64,000 nucleotides of DNA from an uncultured Enterobacterales bacterium. Its GTDB lineage: Bacteria > Myxococcota_A > UBA796 > CAJQPC01. The position numbers were made by a program, and so were the translations under genes. Below, piece after piece: positions 49,527 to 57,401 of this stretch. The stretch is taken from assembly GCA_964610645.1 (NCBI GenBank), contig CAZSZE010000012.1, forward strand, positions 5,095 to 69,094, written 5' to 3'. Numbering within the stretch: the first letter of the stretch is position 1; the number at the start of each line of letters is the position of its first letter. The notes under the pieces are model-generated. The model was given only the letters and a program-made list of their open reading frames with translations. It made no database searches and was not told where the DNA came from.

Positions 49527-51059
49527 TTGAAGCGACCCCTTCGCATTGCGGTTGTGAGCTTGTACGCCCTGGAGAACAATGGCGTGCGGCACGTGGCTTC
49601 GAGTCTTCGACAGGGAGGCTTTGGCGTCACCGAGATCTACTTCAAGGACTGGGTGAACAACCGGTTCCCCTGGCCCGAGGAGCGAGAGGTCCAGGCGCTG
49701 TTGGACTTGCTTCGGGAGCGGCGCATCGAGGTGGTGGGACTTTCGGTGCGCGCGAGTGCATTTCACCGCTTGGCCAAGTACCTCACTGAGCGCATTCGCC
49801 ATGAGCTGGGCCTGCCCATTGTCTGGGGCGGCATGCACCCCACCTTCCTGCCGGAAGACTGCATTCCCATCGCGGACCACATCGCCATCGGGGAGACCGA
49901 CAATGCGGTGGTGGACTTCTTCGTGGCCATGGACGAGGGGGGCGACCTGCGTAGCTGCGCGAGCTTCTGGACCCGGGAAGGGGACACCGTCTACAAGAAT
50001 GGGCTGGCACGCTTGGTGGAGTTGGACGAGATTCCCTTCCGGGACTTCCACACAGGGGCAGACAAGTTCCACATCAAGGGGAACAAGGTCACAAAGGGCG
50101 ATCCCTTCATCACCAACCCCGAGTACACGCTCCTGGCCAGCCGTGGATGCCCCTTCTGGACCTGTACCTTCTGCTCGAACACCCTGACCAAGCCACTGTA
50201 CGAGGGGCTGGGCAAGAACTTCCGCATGCGCAGCGTGGAGAACCTGATCCAGGAGATGGAGTACGCGAAGAACCTGTGCAAGGACATCAAGATCGTCCGC
50301 TTTGACGACGAGGTCTTTCCCATTCGCAAGCGATGGATCGACGAGTTCTGTGAGAAGTGGCCCGCCCGCGTGGGCTTGCCCTTCGAGGTGCTGGTGGACC
50401 CGCGCATGGTGTCCTACGAGCCGCTGAAGAAGCTGAAGGGTGCGGGGCTGCGGGGCATCTGCATGGGCATCCAGGCCAACGACCGGGTGAACCAGGAGTT
50501 CTACAACCGGCACACCACCAACCAGATGATTCTCGACTGCCAGAAGGTCTTTCGGAAGGTGGGAATTGTCGCAAACCTGCAGATCATCTGGGATGACCCC
50601 TACTCCACGGAGCAGGACAAGGACGAGCTCTTTCACATGGTCATGGAGCTGGAGCGGCCCTTTGAGCTCTACCTGTTCGGGCTCACTGTCTATCCCAACA
50701 CCCACCTCGCCCGGCGGTTGTTGCGGGAGAAGTTGCTCACGGAGGACGACATCGAGGGCCTCAACACCCATGCCTTCGAGCAGTTCCGGGTGGACCTGAG
50801 CTATCCACGCCCCAAGGCGGACCAGCGGTGGCTCGCCCTCATCGTGCTGGCAAACAAGCCGTTTCTGCCCAAGAGCGCGGTCTGGAAGCTCTATGAGGAT
50901 GAGCGCTTCAAGGAGGACCCGCGTCCCCTCACGGCCATGGCCCAGGCTGCCAGCCTGGTGCGCATGGGGGTCTTTGCTGCAGGCATGGCCGCGCGAGGCG
51001 AGATGACGCCGTTGTTGATCAAGCGCTGGGTGAACCCGCGCTCTCTGGTCACCATGTGA
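49527..51059 (+). CDS. B12-binding-domain (class B) radical SAM protein with non-canonical CX4CX2C motif
   Basis: TTG start. The N-terminal Rossmann-like cobalamin-binding-type domain includes RIAVVSLYALENNGVRHVASSL...VVGLSV. The radical SAM core is LASRGCPFWTCTFCSN. 510 aa. Confidence 0.8.
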   Translation: MKRPLRIAVVSLYALENNGVRHVASSLRQGGFGVTEIYFKDWVNNRFPWPEEREVQALLDLLRERRIEVVGLSVRASAFHRLAKYLTERIRHELGLPIVWGGMHPTFLPEDCIPIADHIAIGETDNAVVDFFVAMDEGGDLRSCASFWTREGDTVYKNGLARLVELDEIPFRDFHTGADKFHIKGNKVTKGDPFITNPEYTLLASRGCPFWTCTFCSNTLTKPLYEGLGKNFRMRSVENLIQEMEYAKNLCKDIKIVRFDDEVFPIRKRWIDEFCEKWPARVGLPFEVLVDPRMVSYEPLKKLKGAGLRGICMGIQANDRVNQEFYNRHTTNQMILDCQKVFRKVGIVANLQIIWDDPYSTEQDKDELFHMVMELERPFELYLFGLTVYPNTHLARRLLREKLLTEDDIEGLNTHAFEQFRVDLSYPRPKADQRWLALIVLANKPFLPKSAVWKLYEDERFKEDPRPLTAMAQAASLVRMGVFAAGMAARGEMTPLLIKRWVNPRSLVTM

Positions 51060-52129
51060 TGCTGCCTCGCAGCATCGGGTTTGTACGGCGGGCGCGTGCG
51101 TGGCGCCACATCGCCACATCGGCCACGATGCGCCGGGTCAAGCCGGAGTGGGTTCCGCCACCCCGCGCTGGCCACTTGATCGTGAGCTACCGGTGCAACC
51201 TCAAGTGCGATGCGTGTCCCAGTTGGCAGGTGAAAGACCACGCGGACCTCACCACTGAAGAGTGGTTGCACCTTTTTGGCCAGTTGCGTTCCCTGGACCT
51301 CGTGAAGCTCCTCGGGGGGGAGCCTTTTGTCCGCAAGGACATTGTGGAGATCCTGGCCGGGGTTCGGGACATCATTGACCCCTATGTGTTGCAGCTCACC
51401 ACAAACGGAATGCTCACCAAGAGGGTCGTGGAGGCCATCCATGCGGTGGCCTGGCCCGGCTTGCAGCTGCGCATCTCCCTGGACGGAGTGGAGGAGACCC
51501 ACGACAAGATGCGCGGGGTGAAGGGGAGCTGGAAGATGGTGACCCGGACCGTTGCAGCGGCCGCGGAGCTCAAGGAGAAGTACGGCTTCACGCTGGGCAT
51601 CAACTTCGCTATCACCGACGACTCTGTGGAGGAGTTGGAGGAGATGATTGAATTTGCCGCGTCCATGGGAGCGGACCTCATCCCCGGTGTGTGTGTGGAT
51701 CCTTTCCTGGTTGGGACGGCGCCGCCCGAGGAAGAGCAGCAGCGGGTGATTCTCATTGACAACAAGGAGCGAGCCATGGCGGCCCTGGAGGATTCGCGGG
51801 TCGGCATTCGGCGGCAATTGCCTGTTCTTGATCACGTGATTTCCAGGTTCATCACGAGGACCACACTTCGGCAGCAGGTCATGGGGGAGAATTTTGGTTT
51901 TACCTGCCGGGAGCTGCGGGACCTGCTCTACATGTTGCCCAATGGAAGCGTCGTGCGCTGTGGGCTGGACCACCGGCCGATCGGGAACGTGCGAGAGCAG
52001 TCCTTTGATGACATATGGTTTGGCGAGGCAATCAAGCCCTTCCGCAAGAGCGTTGACGACTGCCCTGGCTGCATGCAGACCAGCGTGAAGATCTTAAGCC
52101 GACTTTATGGCGGGTGCTTGTTGTCTTAG
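51056..52129 (+). CDS. Radical SAM protein with Cys-containing C-terminal (SPASM/twitch-like) extension
   Basis: The GTG at 51056 (or the ATG at 51059) overlaps the upstream stop. Motifs: YRCNLKCDAC (CX3CX2C) and LLGGEPF (GGE motif). C-terminal cysteines sit in FTCRE...VVRCG...DDCPGC. Confidence 0.8.
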   Translation: MMLPRSIGFVRRARAWRHIATSATMRRVKPEWVPPPRAGHLIVSYRCNLKCDACPSWQVKDHADLTTEEWLHLFGQLRSLDLVKLLGGEPFVRKDIVEILAGVRDIIDPYVLQLTTNGMLTKRVVEAIHAVAWPGLQLRISLDGVEETHDKMRGVKGSWKMVTRTVAAAAELKEKYGFTLGINFAITDDSVEELEEMIEFAASMGADLIPGVCVDPFLVGTAPPEEEQQRVILIDNKERAMAALEDSRVGIRRQLPVLDHVISRFITRTTLRQQVMGENFGFTCRELRDLLYMLPNGSVVRCGLDHRPIGNVREQSFDDIWFGEAIKPFRKSVDDCPGCMQTSVKILSRLYGGCLLS

Positions 52130-52148
52130 TCGCCGTGATCTCCCGGGC

Positions 52149-52385
52149 CTACCGGTCTTCGAACGATTCACAGGCCAGACGCATGGTGGCATCGAAGCAG
52201 GCTTGTTGGTCCTGGTCCTGGGCAAGGGCAGCCCCCTCGTTGAGGCAGTCTGAGAGTTCGGTGCCCTCGCACCAGGTGTTGCAGGTCTCGGAATAGGCCA
52301 CGCAGTGATCAACGTTCTCGCCGCATCCCAGGAAGCTGGACAGCGACATCGCAACGAGAACGAAACCACCTGGCCAGGCCCGCAT
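52149..52385 (-). CDS. Small Cys-rich lipoprotein (78 aa), unknown
   Basis: The ATG at 52385 gives MRAWPGGFVLVAMSLSSFLGC (lipobox). Six further Cys occur in 52 residues (HC, TC, WC, DC, AC, AC). It is convergent with the radical SAM gene. Confidence 0.5.
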   Translation of the reverse strand: MRAWPGGFVLVAMSLSSFLGCGENVDHCVAYSETCNTWCEGTELSDCLNEGAALAQDQDQQACFDATMRLACESFEDR

Positions 52386-52519
52386 TTTCTGTCTCCTCGA
52401 GGGTTGTTCGAGCCTCCCACGCGCTGGTCTCGGGGTCAATCCCAGGCCGGGCAAACGGGCTTCAGCGTGGTTATTCCGTGGGCACGCCGAGAGGGTCTGA
52501 GCCCTCGGAGGAGCACACC

Positions 52520-53353
52520 TTGATCCTTGTCACTGGCACCAAGCGGTCGGGCACCTCCATGTGGATGCAGATTCTCGTGGCTGCCGGCCTGCCTTGGATT
52601 GGCAAGGAGTTTCTCGGGCGGTGGGACAAGTCGATCCGCGCGGCCAACCCGGAGGGGTTCTACGAGTCCCTGTTCCGCAGAGGCATCTTCTTTGCCACGA
52701 ACCCGGATCCCAGGACCGGTGCCTTTCTCTTCCCTCAGCAGTGCGAGGGTCACGCGGTCAAGGTCTTCATTCCGGGCCTTGTCCGCACCGATTACGCTTA
52801 CATCGGTCGCGTGGTGGCCACCCTTCGCCCCTGGCGGGACTACTGCAACTCCATTCAGCGCCTGTACGACATGGAGGACTCCTTCCTGGCGGACCTCCCC
52901 CCGGAAGAGGGACCCGACGGGAAAGTGGAGCAGCCTCTGGAGCGGGCGCTGCGGCAGCGACCGAAGATCCACCCGGCCCTGGAGTGGTGGTTCGAGAACT
53001 ACGACCTCATCCGGGACATTGCGACCCGGCGCTACCCGGTGAACCTGGTCAGCTATGACACGTTGCTGGCGGATCCGGGGGCTGTGATTCCCAAGGTGCT
53101 GGAGTGGATTGGGCAGGGGGATGCGGAGGCGGCCCTGGAGGTGGTGAAGCCCCGGCTGCGCACACAGGTGGACTCGGTGGCGGATGCCCCCGTGGACGAT
53201 GCAGCCGTGGAGGTCTTTGATGCGCTCCACGGGGAAATCGCCGAGAGCCAGTCCCTGTCGCGGGACCTGCTGGAGGCCATGAACGCCCTCAACAGTCGGC
53301 TGGAGGACGAGTGGTTGGGGGGCGAGCCGCGAGAGCGCACCACCGGGGGGTGA
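52520..53353 (+). CDS. Sulfotransferase-family protein (putative)
   Basis: The TTG at 52520 follows a GGAGGA Shine-Dalgarno sequence and gives (M)ILVTGTKRSGTSM, a PAPS 5'-phosphosulfate-binding-loop-like motif. LRPWRDYCNS is a 3'-phosphate-binding-motif-like segment. The track start is 52478. Confidence 0.55.
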   Translation: MILVTGTKRSGTSMWMQILVAAGLPWIGKEFLGRWDKSIRAANPEGFYESLFRRGIFFATNPDPRTGAFLFPQQCEGHAVKVFIPGLVRTDYAYIGRVVATLRPWRDYCNSIQRLYDMEDSFLADLPPEEGPDGKVEQPLERALRQRPKIHPALEWWFENYDLIRDIATRRYPVNLVSYDTLLADPGAVIPKVLEWIGQGDAEAALEVVKPRLRTQVDSVADAPVDDAAVEVFDALHGEIAESQSLSRDLLEAMNALNSRLEDEWLGGEPRERTTGG

Positions 53354-53355
53354 GA

Positions 53356-53817
53356 TCAGGAGGTGTCGAGGAGGCTGTAGATCAGCGGTTCACTCTCGCC
53401 GGCTTTCTGGCAGGAGAGGAGCACCTCGAGGGTGCAGACCATGGACGGGGACTCGTCCAGAAAGAGCACTTCGTAGCTGGAGGCAACTTCCTCGCTTGGG
53501 CGAACCCACACGCGCTGGGCGACGTTCTCGTGAGCGGTAGCGCTCACGTTCACGTCGGACCCGTTGTAATCAAATTCCAGGTCCTGGACGAAGCTGTCTG
53601 TGGAGAAGATCCATCCGGTGAGGTTGTCAACAACGGTCAGGCCCTTGTCCACGACTTGGGTGGTTCCTTCTGATTCGTCGACGCTGGTGAAGGGCATTTC
53701 ATCCCCGCGCATTTCAATCATCTGCCATTCGCCGACAATGGGATCCGAGGCGCAGCCTGGGGCCAGGCCGATGCAGAGGGTGGCAAGCATGGCAAGGGAG
53801 GGGGGGCGTGGCGTCAC
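53356..53817 (-). CDS. Lipoprotein (lipocalin-like?), unknown
   Basis: The lipobox is LATLCIGLAPGC, followed by GEWQM. The GTG at 53817 overlaps the upstream stop (GTGA); an alternative ATG lies at 53790. Confidence 0.5.
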   Translation of the reverse strand: MTPRPPSLAMLATLCIGLAPGCASDPIVGEWQMIEMRGDEMPFTSVDESEGTTQVVDKGLTVVDNLTGWIFSTDSFVQDLEFDYNGSDVNVSATAHENVAQRVWVRPSEEVASSYEVLFLDESPSMVCTLEVLLSCQKAGESEPLIYSLLDTS

Positions 53818-54365
53818 TTTCCCTTGCTCCGCTCGAAGGCCCAGTAGCCGCCTGCATTTCGATCGACGCAGTCAAGCAGAACGGGACCCTCGTGGAGCAC
53901 ACAGTCCAGGTTTAGCGTCTGTTCCGCGCTTTCCTCTGTCTCTCCCCCGTCCGAGTTCTCACAGACGCTGGTCTGGCCGTCGACGCGAATCTCGAAGATA
54001 CGCGGTTCCACCTCCACCAACGGGCCGGTCAAGGTGGCAGCGCAGCTCCTGCTGTAGAAAGTGGACTCCCCATCCTCTGTATAGGGGGAATACCCCTCGG
54101 ATTCGTCCAGGGTCAGGGTGAGGCTTGCGGTCCCGGATGCGGAGACCGCCAACGAACCGGTGATGCTGTAGGTGTAGCCCGTGTAGTAGCCATCGTAGGG
54201 GCCTCCGGTGATCGTGACGGCGGAGGTGGTGGCCAGGGGCAGGCCCACGTCGTTCATGACGGTCAGGTCCCAGTTGCCCTCGATGCCTTCGGTGTCCCCT
54301 CCACAGCCGGTGAAGCCGACGCTTAGCGCTGCGAAGGCGGGAATGAGTCGTTTGGGCGGGCGCAT
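53814..54365 (-). CDS. Lipoprotein with Tyr-rich and acidic segments, unknown
   Basis: The ATG at 54365 gives MRPPKRLIPAFAALSVGFTGC (lipobox), followed by GNWDL. It contains GGPYDGYYTGYTYS and DESEGYSPYTEDGESTFY. Confidence 0.5.
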   Translation of the reverse strand: MRPPKRLIPAFAALSVGFTGCGGDTEGIEGNWDLTVMNDVGLPLATTSAVTITGGPYDGYYTGYTYSITGSLAVSASGTASLTLTLDESEGYSPYTEDGESTFYSRSCAATLTGPLVEVEPRIFEIRVDGQTSVCENSDGGETEESAEQTLNLDCVLHEGPVLLDCVDRNAGGYWAFERSKGK

Positions 54366-54587
54366 TGGGTTGGAGAATGTACCACGGGATTGAAGGTCTC
54401 CCGGGGCGCCGGGCAACCTCTTTTGGACGGTCAGAGAGGTGGGTGGATCTGCTTGGGAAACTGTGCTAAATCACCCAACCACGTGCGGGCGGCGCCAAGA
54501 AACGGCCCTTAGGGCCTGGAATCGCGCTGCTGAACCCGAGGAGGGGCTGGAGTGGATCTTGCAACCTCCTATCCACGACTGGAGTCC

Positions 54588-55571
54588 ATGAGGTTCTTTC
54601 ACGCCCGCGCTCGTGCAGTCGCCAATGTAGGCGCTTCTGCGTGTCTGTCTCGAATGGGAATCGTCTCTCCTCCGCGATTCGCACACATTGCGCTTCGTGT
54701 TGAAGAATCGAGTGGGTCGTGGGATTCGTTGGAACTCCACCAGTGGGAAACCGTCTTCACTCGTCTCCGTGGGCTGGATGTGGCGAAGATCGTGGGGGAT
54801 GATCCTTTCGCGCGGGAGGACATCGAGGATCTCCTCTACATGCTGTTCCGGGAGGTTCGGCCGGCGTTGTTCCAGGTGGGCACGCCGGGAGGGTGGCCCA
54901 CGCGTGTGGAGTCTTTTGCGAGGCGTCTGAAGTGGCCAGGACTGCACCTACGCGTGCGAATGGAGGGTTGGCCCGGTGTAGATGCCCCAGGGAGGGAGAC
55001 GCTGGATCGCCTTGTGGCCCTCAAGAAGGGGGGCGCCCAGTTTTCCCTTGGCCTCAACTACCACCTCACGCCGGACACCCTCGAGGAGATGAAGGAGGCT
55101 GAGGCCTACTGCCAGAAGAAGAACGTCGGCTTCTTTCCGGGGATCCCCGTTCACTCCGTGGTCTTTCAATGTGGGCCGGGAGATCTGGCTGAACACACCG
55201 TGGATCCGGCTTGCGCTGCGGCTCTCTTCTCGAGCCTCAAGGTCCAGGACGACCAGCGGTATGGGCGCGTCGCAGGGAAGCTGTGGGGGAGCGCGAATCG
55301 AAAGCAGTTCGGCGGTCTCGTGGAGCAGGGGCCCAACCAGCGGTTTCGCTGCCAGGAGTTGGGGGCGCTGGTGTACGTGATGCCGGATGGCAGCGTGGTG
55401 ACTTGTGGACACCGGTTCAGGCCTCTTGGTTCACTTCTTGACCAGGATCTGGAGGCCTTGTGGGGGTCTCGGGAAGTGAAGGACGAGCGCGTTCAGATCC
55501 GAGATTGCCCCGGGTGCTTTCAAATGAGTGTGCAGCTTGCCAGCGCACTGTACGGGGGGGAGTGGTGGTAG
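54588..55571 (+). CDS. Paralog of the 51056-52129 radical SAM protein lacking the CX3CX2C cluster motif (degenerate radical SAM-like protein)
   Basis: Colinear similarity to 51056-52129 is seen in FFHARARAV vs FVRRARAW, VMPDGSVVTCG vs MLPNGSVVRCG, and RDCPGCFQMSVQLASALYGG vs DDCPGCMQTSVKILSRLYGG. However, VEESSGSWDS replaces YRCNLKCDACPSW, and GDDPF replaces GGEPF. Confidence 0.65.
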   Translation: MRFFHARARAVANVGASACLSRMGIVSPPRFAHIALRVEESSGSWDSLELHQWETVFTRLRGLDVAKIVGDDPFAREDIEDLLYMLFREVRPALFQVGTPGGWPTRVESFARRLKWPGLHLRVRMEGWPGVDAPGRETLDRLVALKKGGAQFSLGLNYHLTPDTLEEMKEAEAYCQKKNVGFFPGIPVHSVVFQCGPGDLAEHTVDPACAAALFSSLKVQDDQRYGRVAGKLWGSANRKQFGGLVEQGPNQRFRCQELGALVYVMPDGSVVTCGHRFRPLGSLLDQDLEALWGSREVKDERVQIRDCPGCFQMSVQLASALYGGEWW

Positions 55572-55669
55572 GGGGTCCTGGGTCGATTGGAGAACAGGGG
55601 CTTCTTTCCCTTGGCAGGTTTGCGGCTGCATTGGCCGGGGACCCGGCGGGATCCGGATTGAAGGAGGGG

Positions 55670-57310
55670 ATGGAGGTTCTTCGCCACGAGACGGGCGCCA
55701 ACCGGTGTGAGCTGTTTCTGGTCGACGGGCAGGGCGATGAGCTTCTCCTGGTGGAAGAGGTGTCGCGCCGGCCCCGCCACAGGGGTCCCGAGCGCCTGCA
55801 ATTGCAGGATGGTCTGGAGGGGCTGTCCGTCGAAAGGGGGGAGCCTCTTTGGGCCGATATCACACCGGTTGGGCTGGCTCTTGAGCGTGAAGACCTGGTG
55901 GAAGCCGACTTCGCAGCGGCTCTTTGTGTGCCGGTTTGCCAGGAAGGAGAGGCTGTGGGGGTCCTCCAGCTTGTCTGGCGTCGGGATCTCTGGGCCGAGG
56001 CCAGAAGGCAGATCGGCAGGTTCGTCAATTGTGCCATGCCCCTCCTGGCGGCCCAGGTGATGTCCACACAGCAACGAGGCCTGGTTGATCTGCTTCTCTC
56101 TTGTCGAAACGGGCCACCAGACCTTCAAGACCTGATCCATGCATTCAAGGACGTCAGTGGGGCTGACATCGCGACAGTTCATTTGCTGGCGCAAGATGGA
56201 GAGGGAGTCGTGGATCGGGACTCCACATCCAGCCACTTCCTCACATGCGATGGCCTGGAGGCGGGGCTACTCTCCGAGTGCCCGCGTGAAACAGGGAAAG
56301 GCCGCTGCACGGGAATCAGTGGGCCAAGGAGAAAGTGGGATCGACGCTGTCGCTCCTTGGGCCGGGAATTTCAAACGGTGCTGGAGATTCCTCTCGTAGA
56401 GGAGGGGACAGTGCTGGGCGTTGTTTTCTTGGGGTGGAAGGAGGGAGATCGCGTCTCCCCCCTCGCTGTAGCAACTCGTGTCAGTCTTCTCGCGAGGTGC
56501 GCAGCCCGGCTTGTCTCCGCTCGAAGGCTTGAGGCTGTGCCGTGCGCCCCCGCCTCTGCGATGCCGGTTGCGGAAGAAAGGCGCCTCGAAATCCGGGTTT
56601 TGGGTGGGATGAGCGTTTTCGTGGACGGACGGCTGGTTCCACCACGAGCGTTTGGGAGGTCCAAGTCCTTGGAGCTTCTTGCCCTTTTGGCAATGCGAAG
56701 AGGCCGGAGAGCAAGCCGGGAGTACCTGTGGGAGGCGCTCTGGCCGGATGCAACTCCCGAGTCCGGACTCTCTCGGCTGCATGTGACCGTGCATGCTCTG
56801 AGAAAGGTGATTGAGCCGCAACGCGAAACCCGAGGCTGGCATCACATTCTGGAGGAACAAGGCAGCTTCTGGTTGCCCATGGAGACCGTGAGCCTGGACC
56901 TGGTTGTTTTTGAGGATCTTCTCTCCAGCGCCCGTCGAAAGAGGGGCACCGGGGAGTCACTTGCGGAGTGTCTGGACCTCGCTGACAGTGCAATCAGGCT
57001 TTGTCACGGCGAGCTGCTGGGGGATCGGTTGGAGTGGGAGTGGGCTGATCCCTGTAGGGTGGCCTTTTCCGACAAGCTGCGCGACGCATTTGGATTTGCG
57101 GTTGCCTCTGCCATGCAGCTGGATCGACCCGACCTTGCAGTCTCCTATCTTCGAGTGGCCGTACAGGCGCAGCCATTTCGCGAGGACTATCGAGAAGAAC
57201 TGGTTCGGATTCTGCTGAAAGACGAGAGAACCAGCGAGGCAAACCGGGTGTTGGGTTCCTGGAGGGAATTCAACAAGATGGAAGAAGTCTCTATGCTCAT
57301 CGATGGGTGA
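55670..57310 (+). CDS. GAF-GAF-wHTH-BTAD (SARP/AfsR-DnrI-like) transcriptional regulator
   Basis: The ATG at 55670 follows an AAGGAGGGG Shine-Dalgarno sequence; upstream GTG starts around 55562 cannot be excluded. It has two GAF-like regions. The OmpR-type wHTH is LEIRVLGGMSVFVDGRLV...LELLALLAM...REYLWEALWPD. The BTAD-like helical domain includes FEDLLSSA...QPFREDYREELVRILL. Confidence 0.7.
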   Translation: MEVLRHETGANRCELFLVDGQGDELLLVEEVSRRPRHRGPERLQLQDGLEGLSVERGEPLWADITPVGLALEREDLVEADFAAALCVPVCQEGEAVGVLQLVWRRDLWAEARRQIGRFVNCAMPLLAAQVMSTQQRGLVDLLLSCRNGPPDLQDLIHAFKDVSGADIATVHLLAQDGEGVVDRDSTSSHFLTCDGLEAGLLSECPRETGKGRCTGISGPRRKWDRRCRSLGREFQTVLEIPLVEEGTVLGVVFLGWKEGDRVSPLAVATRVSLLARCAARLVSARRLEAVPCAPASAMPVAEERRLEIRVLGGMSVFVDGRLVPPRAFGRSKSLELLALLAMRRGRRASREYLWEALWPDATPESGLSRLHVTVHALRKVIEPQRETRGWHHILEEQGSFWLPMETVSLDLVVFEDLLSSARRKRGTGESLAECLDLADSAIRLCHGELLGDRLEWEWADPCRVAFSDKLRDAFGFAVASAMQLDRPDLAVSYLRVAVQAQPFREDYREELVRILLKDERTSEANRVLGSWREFNKMEEVSMLIDG

Positions 57311-57365
57311 CACGCTTTCTGTAAGTGGCCTGAAAGAGCGCCCCGGTATTTATCCCTCCTGAACT

Positions 57366-57384
57366 TGGTGACCGAGTGTCACCA
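57366..57384. promoter_or_regulatory. Perfect inverted repeat TGGTGAC-N5-GTCACCA in the leader of the nitrate reductase cluster
   Basis: Read directly. It ends 2 nt before the AAGGGGAGG Shine-Dalgarno sequence of the cytochrome c gene. It could be an operator or a 5'-UTR hairpin. Confidence 0.3.
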
Positions 57385-57401
57385 GCAAGGGGAGGTTGCC
57401 G

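Noticed and set aside
54376-54468. A 30-codon ORF (MYHGIEGLPGRRATSFGRSERWVDLLGKLC) in the spacer upstream of the degenerate radical SAM gene, considered as a candidate RiPP precursor.
   Set aside because: The GGAGA motif abuts the ATG, which is poor spacing. The composition is unremarkable, with one Cys only. There is no leader/core-like pattern and nothing to distinguish it from chance in GC-rich DNA.
57366-57384. A CRP/FNR-type box upstream of the nitrate reductase genes, because the repeat contains GTGA...TCAC.
   Set aside because: The palindrome has an odd total length (7-bp arms plus a 5-nt spacer). Its spacing does not fit TGTGA-N6-TCACA or TTGAT-N4-ATCAA. It is kept only as a generic inverted repeat or possible 5'-UTR hairpin.
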